Shown: positions 8,469 to 16,595 of the stretch, piece by piece | How positions within the stretch are numbered: position 1 is the stretch's first letter | How the letters are laid out: each line of letters starts with the position of its first letter | Source of the DNA: Candidatus Peribacteraceae bacterium | GTDB taxonomy: Bacteria; Patescibacteriota; Gracilibacteria; Peribacterales; Peribacteraceae | Direction: 5' to 3' | DNA: 42,634 nucleotides | Assembly: GCA_018062585.1 (NCBI GenBank) | Contig: JAGORY010000002.1 | Span: 1 to 42,634 of the forward strand | Program-made: the position numbers and the translations under genes | The notes under the pieces: generated by a model | What the model saw: only the letters and a program-made list of their open reading frames with translations | What the model was told of the DNA's origin: nothing | Database searches by the model: none

Positions 8469-10052
8469 GTGATAGCATGCGGGACAATGAAGCGAATTCA
8501 CGTAGTTCTGGGACGTATCACGAGCACGCGTTCGGTGTGGGTGGGTCCGGTGCTCTTCGCACTCGTCTACCTCGCGATTCAGCTCACGCAGATTTCGGCA
8601 TACGGCGTGACGTGGGATGAGCCTCTGCACCGCAACTGGGGCAAGATTTTTGCTTTGTTTTGGAAGACCGGTGACCGGAGCCTTCTGGATCTCATGCCCG
8701 GTCATGGCATCGATTATAGTCCAATCTATTTTTACCTGAATTTCCTTGTCTCGGAGTTTTTGTATTCCCGAGGCTCGCTCGGTTTTGTTGAGGCGAACCA
8801 TGTTCTCACTGTTGTCGTCTCCGCTGTCGCGGTGGGATTCACGTATCAACTTGGACAGATGGTCGGTGGTAAACGCGTAGGGTTATGTGCGGCATGTTTC
8901 TTGGTGCTGTTCCCGCCGTTCATTGCCCATGCGCATTACAACCCTAAAGACATACCTCTTTTGGTCGCGGTGTTGCTGACTGCTGTCGTGTTCGTCATCG
9001 CGATTCGGAGGAATTCGGGAAAATTTTTCGTAATGTCCGGATTTCTCTTTGGCCTTTCGGTGGCCCTCAAGATCAACGCGCTGCTCATGGGTCCGGTCTT
9101 CGGCTTCACGTACGTCGCATGGCTTGTCTCCCGAACGCGATCATCATCGTTCGTGGCAGTCCTGAGAAAAGAAGTACCGATCATTGCCGTAACTGTCATT
9201 GCATGCGTACTTTCCATCTATCTCTTTTGGCCAAGCGCATGGGGGGACTGGTCGCTCATCCCTTCGGCTATCGCTTTCTTCTTGGGTCCGAATTTTTGGC
9301 CGGGCAAAGTCCTTTTCTTTGGCACCGAATACACGGGCGTGGATCTTCCTTTCTACTATATTCCCTTCGAAGTGGCGGTTGCGATGCCGCTCCTTATGCT
9401 CATCGCGTCTGTTGTGGGAGTTTTTGTCATGGCCCGAACGTTGTCACGCAGTGAGAAATGGAAGGAATATTTGTTCCTACTTCTATGGATCGGATTTCCG
9501 ATTTTCTTCAGCATGAAACCCGGAATCGTGCGGTACGACAGCATGCGGCAGTTCTTCTTCATCATGCCCGCGGTGGCCGTTGCAGCCGCCATAGGCTTAA
9601 CACAACTCTTGGATCTCCTCAAACGTCGGTCCAAAAATCCCATCGCTGGGCCCGTCTTTCTGGTTCTCGTTATCTTCTCGCTCGGTTCCCAGCTTCTTAC
9701 GATTCATCCGTTCGAAGGATCGTATCGAAACGAAATCATGCAGATCGCGTTTGAAAAAAATCTCGATGAGTCGTTCCAGATCGAGTATTGGGGGAGTGTC
9801 TATAACCAAGGAATGGATTGGCTCGCAGCGAATGCCGAAGCAGAGCCTGTCATCTGCGTACCGACCGCTGGAATTCTCGTGACGTGGTATCCATGGCGTG
9901 ACGATTTTACGTTCGAGTGCTCGGGCCGGACCAACTATGTCATGTTCTTCACTCGTTACACGGAAGCTAGGGCGTATCGGGATCTCAAGGATCCAGTTTT
10001 TTCGATTGAGCGGATGAAGTCGCCGTTGCTTCTGATCTATAAAACCAAGTAG
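8469..10052 (+). CDS. GT39/PMT_2-like (ArnT-like) membrane glycosyltransferase
   Basis: 527-aa polytopic protein with an N-terminal loop GVTWDEPLHRNWG and many TM helices, typical of dolichyl/undecaprenyl-phosphate-sugar dependent GT-C enzymes. ATG at 8487 is an alternative start. Confidence 0.65.
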   Translation: MIACGTMKRIHVVLGRITSTRSVWVGPVLFALVYLAIQLTQISAYGVTWDEPLHRNWGKIFALFWKTGDRSLLDLMPGHGIDYSPIYFYLNFLVSEFLYSRGSLGFVEANHVLTVVVSAVAVGFTYQLGQMVGGKRVGLCAACFLVLFPPFIAHAHYNPKDIPLLVAVLLTAVVFVIAIRRNSGKFFVMSGFLFGLSVALKINALLMGPVFGFTYVAWLVSRTRSSSFVAVLRKEVPIIAVTVIACVLSIYLFWPSAWGDWSLIPSAIAFFLGPNFWPGKVLFFGTEYTGVDLPFYYIPFEVAVAMPLLMLIASVVGVFVMARTLSRSEKWKEYLFLLLWIGFPIFFSMKPGIVRYDSMRQFFFIMPAVAVAAAIGLTQLLDLLKRRSKNPIAGPVFLVLVIFSLGSQLLTIHPFEGSYRNEIMQIAFEKNLDESFQIEYWGSVYNQGMDWLAANAEAEPVICVPTAGILVTWYPWRDDFTFECSGRTNYVMFFTRYTEARAYRDLKDPVFSIERMKSPLLLIYKTK

Positions 10053-10146
10053 GAGGGGTACGTGAATCGCAGTACGAAGCTATGCATGTGCCTGAAGAAC
10101 GACGCAAACTGTTCCGGTTGCTTAGCAATGTACGTCAATCTAGGCA

Positions 10147-10728
10147 TTACACGTTGCGCTTTTTGCGCTTCATCCATGTGGGCAATCGGCCTTTTCGATC
10201 GATGAGCTGGAGCACACGCAGCAGGATTTCGTGTGACCTATCTCTCGGTGCGACATACTCAGGGGCCATGCCCAGAATCGAGCAGGCACTGCGGGACACT
10301 ACGCGGATACCGTATGCGCGGAAGTAACGAGTGGCACGCCGGAGGTGCCGTCTGCCGGCGACGAGAGTGATGTCAGTGGTTGCGATGCCACGTTCTCGGA
10401 GGAGTGCGACCGTACAACGGACGTTCGCTGCCGTTTCCAATGAATCATTATCCGTGATGACGGAGTCCGCAGGAATATTCCATGGTGCATGGCACACATA
10501 ATCCTTCATCGCTTCAGCCTCGGAAGGGGAGTGTTCTGACGTACGTCCACCACTGAAGATCACAAGCGACTGCGGATTCTTTTTCCAGAGCGTCGCTGCC
10601 GCTTCGGCGCGCAGTTTCGTCTGATGACCGATCCATTCTCGGGGAGGAGCGGATGGAGTTCGGTGTTCTAAGCCTGCGCCGAGCGACACAATGACATGAT
10701 GATTCGTCGACTGTGTTTCTTGGACCAT
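10147..10728 (-). CDS. YdcF/ElyC-like DUF218 family protein
   Basis: VIVSLGAGLE..., LVIFSGGRTS, SEAEAMKDYV and ITDNDSLETAANV match the DUF218 pattern. Confidence 0.75.
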   Translation of the reverse strand: MVQETQSTNHHVIVSLGAGLEHRTPSAPPREWIGHQTKLRAEAAATLWKKNPQSLVIFSGGRTSEHSPSEAEAMKDYVCHAPWNIPADSVITDNDSLETAANVRCTVALLRERGIATTDITLVAGRRHLRRATRYFRAYGIRVVSRSACSILGMAPEYVAPRDRSHEILLRVLQLIDRKGRLPTWMKRKKRNV

Positions 10729-10839
10729 GCTGCGACTCTAGAGCAGCTTCCGATTCCTGTCCTCTTTACACCATAGCCCGCTCGTCTGGCGGAGCATCTG
10801 AAAACCATGTCATAATGTACCAATCTTCCCCCCACTCCC

Positions 10840-11211
10840 ATGCGTTATGTCGACGGATACGTGCTCGCAGTTCCGAAAAAGAATCTGAAGGCTTACAAAG
10901 AAATGGCTGCCCTCGGTGGGAAGGTCTGGATGAAACACGGTGCCCTCTCCTACACCGAAGCAGTTGAGGAGGATCTGACGTCCGTCAAAGAGTGGGGTGG
11001 CTATCCTTTTCCGAAAACCGTGAACCTGAAGAAAGGAGAGGTCGTCGTCTTTTCGTACATCGTTTTCAAGTCCCGCAAGCACCGCGACCAAGTGAACGCG
11101 AAAGTTCATAGTGACCCGTTCATGAATGAGTCAAAATACAAAGATCAGCCGATGCCATTCGATATGAAGCGGATGGCATACGGCGGATTTGAGACGTTCG
11201 TGCACCACTAA
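10840..11211 (+). CDS. DUF1428 family protein
   Basis: MRYVDGYVLAVPKKNLKAYKEMA...FGGF, 123 aa; characteristic DUF1428 N-terminus and size. Confidence 0.75.
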   Translation: MRYVDGYVLAVPKKNLKAYKEMAALGGKVWMKHGALSYTEAVEEDLTSVKEWGGYPFPKTVNLKKGEVVVFSYIVFKSRKHRDQVNAKVHSDPFMNESKYKDQPMPFDMKRMAYGGFETFVHH

Positions 11212-11213
11212 AT

Positions 11214-11238
11214 TCTCTGCCGTCAGCAGAGGCAGAGA
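11214..11238 (+). terminator. Possible stem-loop terminator downstream of the DUF1428 gene
   Basis: 8-bp stem TCTCTGCC/GGCAGAGA with a 9-nt loop, starting 3 nt after the stop codon. No T-tract follows, so this is weak. Confidence 0.3.
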
Positions 11239-11337
11239 GTAGGAAGCCTCAGGCATGAATCGCAGTCTTGGGACCGGGAAACGTGAGCGAGGCTACTGAT
11301 GAGACGCGTGACCGCTGAGATCGTTACTGTTTTCCTC

Positions 11338-12057
11338 TCACACCTGAAACTCCAGCACTACAGGTAAATGATCCGAGCCGTGGAAATCGGTGAGAGCCTG
11401 ACAGCGGGTGACCCGGATCTCGGGCGTGCAGAGGAATTGGTCGAAAGATTTACTTGGATGCACCGTCGGGAAAGTCGATTGTGCTAGGTTGCCGGCCCGC
11501 AGAGTGCACGTGGTCATGAGTTTCTCCAGTTCACCCGTGCCGCGGAAGATATTGAAGTCTCCGCAGAGAATCATTTTCTTGCCGATACCGATGATGTTCT
11601 CGAGTTCTCGAAACTGTTCTTTACGCACCGACTTCGAGAGCGAAAAGTGACACAGAAGCAGCGAGACTCCGCCCTGTAGCTCGATCTCGTAGATGAGTTT
11701 CTTCGATCCTTCGTGGAAATAATATTTCTTGTACGGCACGTCGCATCGCGAGAAGAATCCGTTGCAGTTATCGCGGAAGAACGGAAGGTACCGCAGCAGA
11801 CTTCGGATCCCGTATTTATTCGAGACATCGAAAAACGGATACGCTCGCATGTCTTTCACCATCGCGCACTTCTTATGGAGTTCGAGAAAGCAACAGACGT
11901 CCGGTTCCTCGCGGGAGAGAAGCTGCATGACGGAATCTTCCACCGCAGCAGCGATGCGCGCTGGTGTGTGGAGATACCGAGCACCGTGATACACGTAATC
12001 GTGCATCGATCCGTCGAGACCCGAAAGGTAGCCAAGATTGAGAAGGAGGACCTTCAT
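11338..12057 (-). CDS. Endonuclease/exonuclease/phosphatase (EEP) family protein
   Basis: MKVLLLNLGY... start, internal CGDFN and C-terminal GSDHLPVVLEF motif typical of the EEP fold. Confidence 0.75.
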   Translation of the reverse strand: MKVLLLNLGYLSGLDGSMHDYVYHGARYLHTPARIAAAVEDSVMQLLSREEPDVCCFLELHKKCAMVKDMRAYPFFDVSNKYGIRSLLRYLPFFRDNCNGFFSRCDVPYKKYYFHEGSKKLIYEIELQGGVSLLLCHFSLSKSVRKEQFRELENIIGIGKKMILCGDFNIFRGTGELEKLMTTCTLRAGNLAQSTFPTVHPSKSFDQFLCTPEIRVTRCQALTDFHGSDHLPVVLEFQV

Positions 12058-12080
12058 GGAGTGAGTTTTTGTGCTTTAGC

Positions 12081-12113
12081 ATTATACCATGAAATCATCT
12101 TTAATTATACCAT
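12081..12113 (-). promoter_or_regulatory. Two tandem copies of an extended -10 element (TGGTATAAT) upstream of the EEP gene
   Basis: ATTATACCAT occurs at 12081-12090 and 12104-12113. On the gene strand each copy reads ATGGTATAAT, i.e. TGnTATAAT. The proximal copy ends 24 nt upstream of the ATG at 12057. Confidence 0.35.
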
Positions 12114-12141
12114 CGAGAAACCTCTTATGACCTGACATCGT

Positions 12142-13434
12142 TCAGTCGAGATACATGAGCACTTCGCTCAGTTGTTCGATTCGCTGAGGAGCGATGTCCG
12201 TGTGGAACCCGAGTGCTGTTCCGCTAGCCTTAAACATGCATGCGTCGCTCTTCCCGTCGCCGACGGCTATGCACTCCTCAGGCTTGATGGCAAAACGTTT
12301 CTGGAAGTACTTCACCGCCTGCCTCTTACACACGTATCGGCCGCAGCACGAGCAATCACGGTCCTCGAAGCGCGATTTCTTCAGTTTGCCAGAGAATTTT
12401 CCGCTGCTGTCACGTGCGAGGCGCGGCGAGAAGAATTCATACACATTGAGCGTGGCGGCGAAATGGCGCACGACCGGTGAGAATGCAGCGGATACGATAC
12501 GGACTCGGTAGCGCTGGCGCCGCAGGCTTTCGATGACTTTCAATGCGAACGAATTGATATGGAGAAGTCTCGCGCACGTTGCCGATACCTCTTCTCGGGT
12601 CCTGCCTTTGAAATGTTTGGCCAGAGTCCTCGTAATTTCCTTGTCCGGTATTTCACCGCGGGCAACGCGCTTCTGCAGCATTTTTAGCTCGTCCGTGAAA
12701 CCCCATTCTTTAGCCAGCACCGTGATGCTGCTCTCTTGGATCAGCGTTTCGTCGAGGTCGAAGAAGACAACTTTTTTGTGATGAGAGATAAGATTCAGTT
12801 CCGAGAGGATGGTGCGCATTACCTGTTCCGACATGATGGAGAGAGACTCGACGCTTTGATGCTTATGCACTTTGCGGCCTATAAACACTTCCTGAATCCG
12901 TAGATTTTTCCGTGCAGCCTGAAACACAAGTTGGATATCGACACCCCAGCCGTCCTCGATTTTATCCATGTCGATCTTCTTCCGATTGAACCCAAATTCT
13001 CCGCTCAATGGTTGCTCCAGCTTCAAGAAAGGATGCACGATCTTCAGGAGAGGCTTGGCGACGAGTTTTGTGACGCGCCCCGATGGGTTGGTATAGGAAG
13101 CCTTCACGAAGTCGGCGGAATTTTGGAGGAGTGGCAATGCAAGCTTGCGGACCTTGGCAGCATTGAGACTCTGGAGATCCGCATCGATGAAAAGCAGCAA
13201 GTTGTTTTTGGCATGGCTTGCGCCGGTTTTGATTGCAGCACCTTTTCCTGAATTTTTTTGATGCCGTAACACGCGTGCCCCGTTTGTGCGTGCGACTGCT
13301 CCGGTTTGATCAGTGGATCCGTCGTCGACAACAAGCAATTCATCGATCTCCTGCACCTTTTTCAGGACTCGCAATACCCGGGAGATAGTTTTCTCCTCGT
13401 TGAACGCCGGCAAAATACAGGTTAGCTTTTCCAT
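12142..13434 (-). CDS. Fusion protein: GpgS-like (GT81) glucosyl/mannosyl-3-phosphoglycerate synthase domain + HAD-superfamily phosphatase domain
   Basis: N-terminal half: ILPAFNEE, VVDDGSTDQT, FIDADL, SGRVTKLVAKPLL, QPLSGEFGF, GWGVDIQL and HKHQSVESLSIMSEQV, the pattern of GpgS-type enzymes. C-terminal half: HAD motifs FFDLDETL (DxDxT) and AVGDGKSDACMF. Confidence 0.7.
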   Translation of the reverse strand: MEKLTCILPAFNEEKTISRVLRVLKKVQEIDELLVVDDGSTDQTGAVARTNGARVLRHQKNSGKGAAIKTGASHAKNNLLLFIDADLQSLNAAKVRKLALPLLQNSADFVKASYTNPSGRVTKLVAKPLLKIVHPFLKLEQPLSGEFGFNRKKIDMDKIEDGWGVDIQLVFQAARKNLRIQEVFIGRKVHKHQSVESLSIMSEQVMRTILSELNLISHHKKVVFFDLDETLIQESSITVLAKEWGFTDELKMLQKRVARGEIPDKEITRTLAKHFKGRTREEVSATCARLLHINSFALKVIESLRRQRYRVRIVSAAFSPVVRHFAATLNVYEFFSPRLARDSSGKFSGKLKKSRFEDRDCSCCGRYVCKRQAVKYFQKRFAIKPEECIAVGDGKSDACMFKASGTALGFHTDIAPQRIEQLSEVLMYLD

Positions 13435-13546
13435 GGGAGGTCATTGAGCCGGGTTATGCGACGCCGGACCTGCTTCGGAGGGTATGCCTCGCGCATCCTG
13501 AAACGCAAGCGGATCACGCTTTCGGTATCCGTCCTCGGTGTTCCAA

Positions 13547-13978
13547 TTATTTCTGTTTGGAATGCGCTTCCGCATACTTCTTAAAGTTATCCAGGATCGA
13601 TTGCCAACCTTCGCGCTGCATCTCCACCGGATTCTCGGTCTCGGCATCGAAGGTTTCCGTGATGTGAACGGCTCCGTCTTTCTCTTCGAACGTCACCGAG
13701 ACCGTGCGACCGTCACTCATCGTGTATGCGAGTGTTTTCTCTGGAATAACTTTCGTAAAGGTACCGCCGAAATCAAATCCGACACTGCCGTCCTTCGCTT
13801 CCATGCGGGACGTGAACGTACCGCCCTCGCGAAGATCGGACGTAGCACTCGGCGTGTGCCAGTCCGGAGATGCGCTGTTCCACTGCATGATGTGCTTGGG
13901 CGCAGTCCACATGTCCCATGTTGCCGCGAGGGGCGCATTGACGGTCGTCTGGACGGTAATGGGGGTTGTATTCGGCAT
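13547..13978 (-). CDS. SRPBCC (AHSA1/START-like) family protein
   Basis: 143 aa. ITVQTTVNAPLAATWDMWTAPKHIMQW... is typical of Aha1-domain SRPBCC proteins. Confidence 0.75.
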   Translation of the reverse strand: MPNTTPITVQTTVNAPLAATWDMWTAPKHIMQWNSASPDWHTPSATSDLREGGTFTSRMEAKDGSVGFDFGGTFTKVIPEKTLAYTMSDGRTVSVTFEEKDGAVHITETFDAETENPVEMQREGWQSILDNFKKYAEAHSKQK

Positions 13979-14127
13979 AGAAAAAAGGGAATTTTTTTCG
14001 ATTGTATCATGAAAGAGCGGCTACACTTTCCTCGCTATGGTGGTATTGGAATTTAATCTGAGATGGAGCGGGAAGCTGGAGCTTATGTGGAACTAGACTG
14101 CTTACCTTGTTGGCATCTAAATATATT

Positions 14128-14487
14128 TTAATTATACAACTCATTGATCTTAAAGAACGCAACACAGCCAACCAAAATAAATGCCATGATAAGCGCCCAC
14201 ATAAGTACCTTCTTTTCATTTATGGAAAGAGTTTTTCTAGGCACTTCGTTGATTTTCCCATTTTTTCGGAAAGCAATTATATCCTTTCGCCAATTAGTAA
14301 AGCCTACCGAGGAAATGGCCAAGATAATTGAAATATTCACAACATTGAGCTCGTTTCCCAATAGTAATAGAATGATGAGTCCACTGACGAAAAAACTTAT
14401 AAACACAAGAAAACTCTCAGCTTTACCTGTTTTGCTCTTTTCAACCATTTCGTCATCTCGATTAACAGGGTGCTGATCATTTCTCAT
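14128..14487 (-). CDS. Hypothetical small membrane protein (3-4 TM), AT-rich ORFan
   Basis: 119-aa ORF with hydrophobic segments FLVFISFFVSGLIILLLL, ISIILAISSVGF and LMWALIMAFILVGCVAFF. Composition is much more AT-rich than the neighbours. Confidence 0.45.
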   Translation of the reverse strand: MRNDQHPVNRDDEMVEKSKTGKAESFLVFISFFVSGLIILLLLGNELNVVNISIILAISSVGFTNWRKDIIAFRKNGKINEVPRKTLSINEKKVLMWALIMAFILVGCVAFFKINELYN

Positions 14488-14544
14488 GAATCAAATGATA
14501 CACAGGCCTTTTCTAAAATGTCTACAGAAAGGCGGAGCTCCTTA

Positions 14545-14796
14545 TCAGAGCTTATTCGAAGCAAGATGCTTGCTCATCCACGCACGACCAGAGTGTGATT
14601 TTAAATATCGTTCACACTCTTCTGCTCGATTTCGATCACTGAATGAAACACAAACACGCAAGTTCCATGGTTTATGCTTGTTGGTATGGATGCTATGGCC
14701 AGCATTATGTTCCCAAAGTCGTCGTTTAATATTGTCTGTTACCCCAAAGTACCAATGCTGCCTATCATGTGACTCGAGGACATACGTTATGTGCAT
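14545..14796 (-). CDS. GIY-YIG nuclease family protein (UPF0213-like)
   Basis: From ATG 14796: MHITYVLESHDRQHWYFGVTDNIKRRLWEHNAGHS...KPW...RNRAEECERYLKSHSGRAW, the GIY-(x)-YxG...R...EHN...E pattern of small stand-alone GIY-YIG proteins. Confidence 0.8.
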   Translation of the reverse strand: MHITYVLESHDRQHWYFGVTDNIKRRLWEHNAGHSIHTNKHKPWNLRVCVSFSDRNRAEECERYLKSHSGRAWMSKHLASNKL

Positions 14797-15018
14797 AATC
14801 ACATTGAAGAGTCTGGCTTCGCCCTTCGCTACGCTCAAAGCTACGTCGAGGCACCCGAATACCAATAATTTGGCTACCACGAAACATCGACGTTGTTCTG
14901 CTATCTGGCAGAACGAAGGGATTTGCCCGGCTTCGTTTGCGAACTTCGCCGAGGCATCCGGCGTTTAGATTGAGACAAAGCGAAATCTCGGCGTAGCTCC
15001 CGCAGGAGCGTAGCCGGA

Positions 15019-15093
15019 TGGAGCGGGTGGCGGGAATCGAACCCGCTTCATCAGGTTGGAAACCTGAGGTAATAGCCATTATACGACACCCGC
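15019..15093 (-). tRNA. tRNA-Gly (anticodon UCC)
   Basis: Reverse complement GCGGGTGTCGTATAATGGCTATTACCTCAGGTTTCCAACCTGATGAAGCGGGTTCGATTCCCGCCACCCGCTCCA. Acceptor GCGGGTG/CACCCGC, anticodon stem TCAGG/CCTGA with loop TTTCCAA, T-arm GCGGG-TTCGATT-CCCGC, encoded CCA. Confidence 0.9.
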
Positions 15094-15197
15094 CCGCGGG
15101 GAAGGAACAGGATGCACCTGATGCACCGCGTGGGGGATTATATGGATACGATGGAACAATGGGAAGGTGAGTCGGAGCGAAGCTGGCGAATAACGAC

Positions 15198-15515
15198 TTA
15201 CAGCGACACCGTCTTTCGCTCAAAAATAACCGCCCCATGCTTTTCTATGTGCTCCAGCAGTGCGGGCTGGTGGATGGAATTGTGTGAGACGACATCGAAG
15301 AAATAGGGCAGGGTCGTGTCGTCGATTGCATTGCGGATACGGCCGATGGTTCGCTCATCTACATTTCCGTACAGAACGATATCAACATCCGAGGCCTCCT
15401 TCTGCGTACCGAGCGCGCGCGAGCCGAAGACTGCGGCTTTCTCCACGGACGGATGCTGCCCTAAGATTTCGACGATGGTGCGAATGTGCCGAGGATCCAA
15501 GTGCACGGTGTTCAT
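15198..15515 (-). CDS. MNT-type nucleotidyltransferase (antitoxin of a HEPN/MNT pair)
   Basis: GSRALGTQKEASDVDIVLYG, the GS-x(n)-DxD minimal nucleotidyltransferase motif. 105 aa. Its start overlaps the upstream HEPN gene stop by 4 nt. Confidence 0.85.
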   Translation of the reverse strand: MNTVHLDPRHIRTIVEILGQHPSVEKAAVFGSRALGTQKEASDVDIVLYGNVDERTIGRIRNAIDDTTLPYFFDVVSHNSIHQPALLEHIEKHGAVIFERKTVSL

Positions 15516-15910
15516 AGGCGTGACAGGGTATCGTGCAAGTGCTGTAGAAGAGGGGAGTATTTCGTCCGAATCATGCGTTCAACTTCGAGGCTTTTTTGTT
15601 CGTCATACGTATGCGTGGTGAGGTTGCGGTCTTCCAATGCCTGCAGCCACAGTTCACCATCTTCTATCAGGCGGCTCTGAAACGCCTGCTTGAATATCTT
15701 CTTTGGAGACGTCACCGTGAATCCTTCGCTCTCCAGGTAATCCCCGAGGCACTTCCATGCCAACTCGAATGTGACCTCGAAGAACTGGATAAGCCCGCCT
15801 CGCTCTATCTCGTTCAACTTCTCACGTTGCAGTGTCCTTTGCAGCAGGTCGAACGATTTATTGAAGTTTTCTCGCCGCTGCCGGAAACGTACCGAGGATG
15901 TATCAGCCAT
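15512..15910 (-). CDS. HI0074-family nucleotidyltransferase substrate-binding (HEPN) protein
   Basis: From ATG 15910: FRQRRENFNKSFDLL...GLIQFFEVTFELAWKCLGDYL...RNLTTHTYD (Rx4H HEPN motif). Confidence 0.8.
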   Translation of the reverse strand: MADTSSVRFRQRRENFNKSFDLLQRTLQREKLNEIERGGLIQFFEVTFELAWKCLGDYLESEGFTVTSPKKIFKQAFQSRLIEDGELWLQALEDRNLTTHTYDEQKSLEVERMIRTKYSPLLQHLHDTLSRL

Positions 15911-15942
15911 ACGCGATACTGTACGGGATGCTTTGCCAGTAC

Positions 15943-16239
15943 TCAATGTCTCCGGATGCATGCCCGCAGTCGTTCGTCATCCGGCGTCTTCCAAGGATTG
16001 CAAGACAGTATCCGTCGAATGATCAGAAAAATGGCTACTGGATACCGTCGGATGCGAAGCGTTTCTATGGCGAACTGTGAGCACGTGGGTTCATGCCTGC
16101 AAAAACCGTGCGGATACAGATGCCGGAGTGGTCCGTGATCGGGCGAGAGCGTGTATTGATACACGCGCACGAGTGCGACAGAAATTGTTGCGGGGAGACC
16201 GCAAACAGTTGCCAGTGCTTTGCGAAATGCTGAGGTCAT
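15943..16239 (-). CDS. yidD: Membrane protein insertion efficiency factor YidD
   Basis: VRVYQYTLSP...CRHEPTCSQFAIE...ILSCNPW, the conserved YidD pattern. ATG at 16239 chosen. Confidence 0.8.
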   Translation of the reverse strand: MTSAFRKALATVCGLPATISVALVRVYQYTLSPDHGPLRHLYPHGFCRHEPTCSQFAIETLRIRRYPVAIFLIIRRILSCNPWKTPDDERLRACIRRH

Positions 16240-16270
16240 GGAGTAGGATTCCTGAGTATACACGGTCCCT

Positions 16271-16549
16271 ATGGAAGCTCTCCAACTCACGTACGGCGAC
16301 GTTCTCACGCTGCTTTCGATCATCGCGGTCGCGATGCTCATTATTTTGCTGTATCACCTCATCTTTGCGTCCGTTTCCCTCAAACGCATCGCGGATCGGA
16401 TGGATGAGCTCAGCAAGGACGTGGAAGCGATCATCCTGAAGCCCATCGGTGCCATTGATTACGTCCTCGACTGGTTTTTGTCAGTCGTGGAGAGCATGCG
16501 CGAGGACAAGAAGCCGAAGAAGGGGAAGCACGAACCGCTGGATTTCTAA
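16271..16549 (+). CDS. Small membrane-anchored protein (DUF948-like architecture)
   Basis: 92 aa. One N-terminal TM helix (LTLLSIIAVAMLIILLYHLIF), then a helical region and a basic tail. Family call is tentative. Confidence 0.5.
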   Translation: MEALQLTYGDVLTLLSIIAVAMLIILLYHLIFASVSLKRIADRMDELSKDVEAIILKPIGAIDYVLDWFLSVVESMREDKKPKKGKHEPLDF

Positions 16550-16595
16550 TACAGGTGATCCGAAGCATGTTGTTTGCTAGAATCTTCGTACTTTC

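Larger units (their letters stand above)
14062..15027 (-). mobile_element. Putative remnant of a tRNA-Gly-associated integrated islet (no integrase present)
   Basis: Exact 11-nt direct repeat GATGGAGCGGG at 14062-14072 and 15017-15027. The latter covers the tRNA-Gly 3-prime end. The interval is visibly AT-rich relative to its flanks and holds an ORFan membrane protein and a GIY-YIG gene. Confidence 0.3.

Noticed and set aside
10082-10327. 81-aa plus-strand ORF opposite the DUF218 gene
   Set aside because: It overlaps the 3-prime part of a family-matching minus-strand gene and has Arg/Ser-rich composition.
13538-14056. 172-aa plus-strand ORF antisense to the SRPBCC gene
   Set aside because: Arg/Cys/Gly/His-rich shadow ORF. 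The minus-strand protein has the SRPBCC/AHSA1 pattern.
14765-15238. 157-aa minus-strand ORF running through tRNA-Gly
   Set aside because: It covers a well-folded tRNA gene plus the spacer, with Arg/Ser/Cys-rich composition. Not coding.
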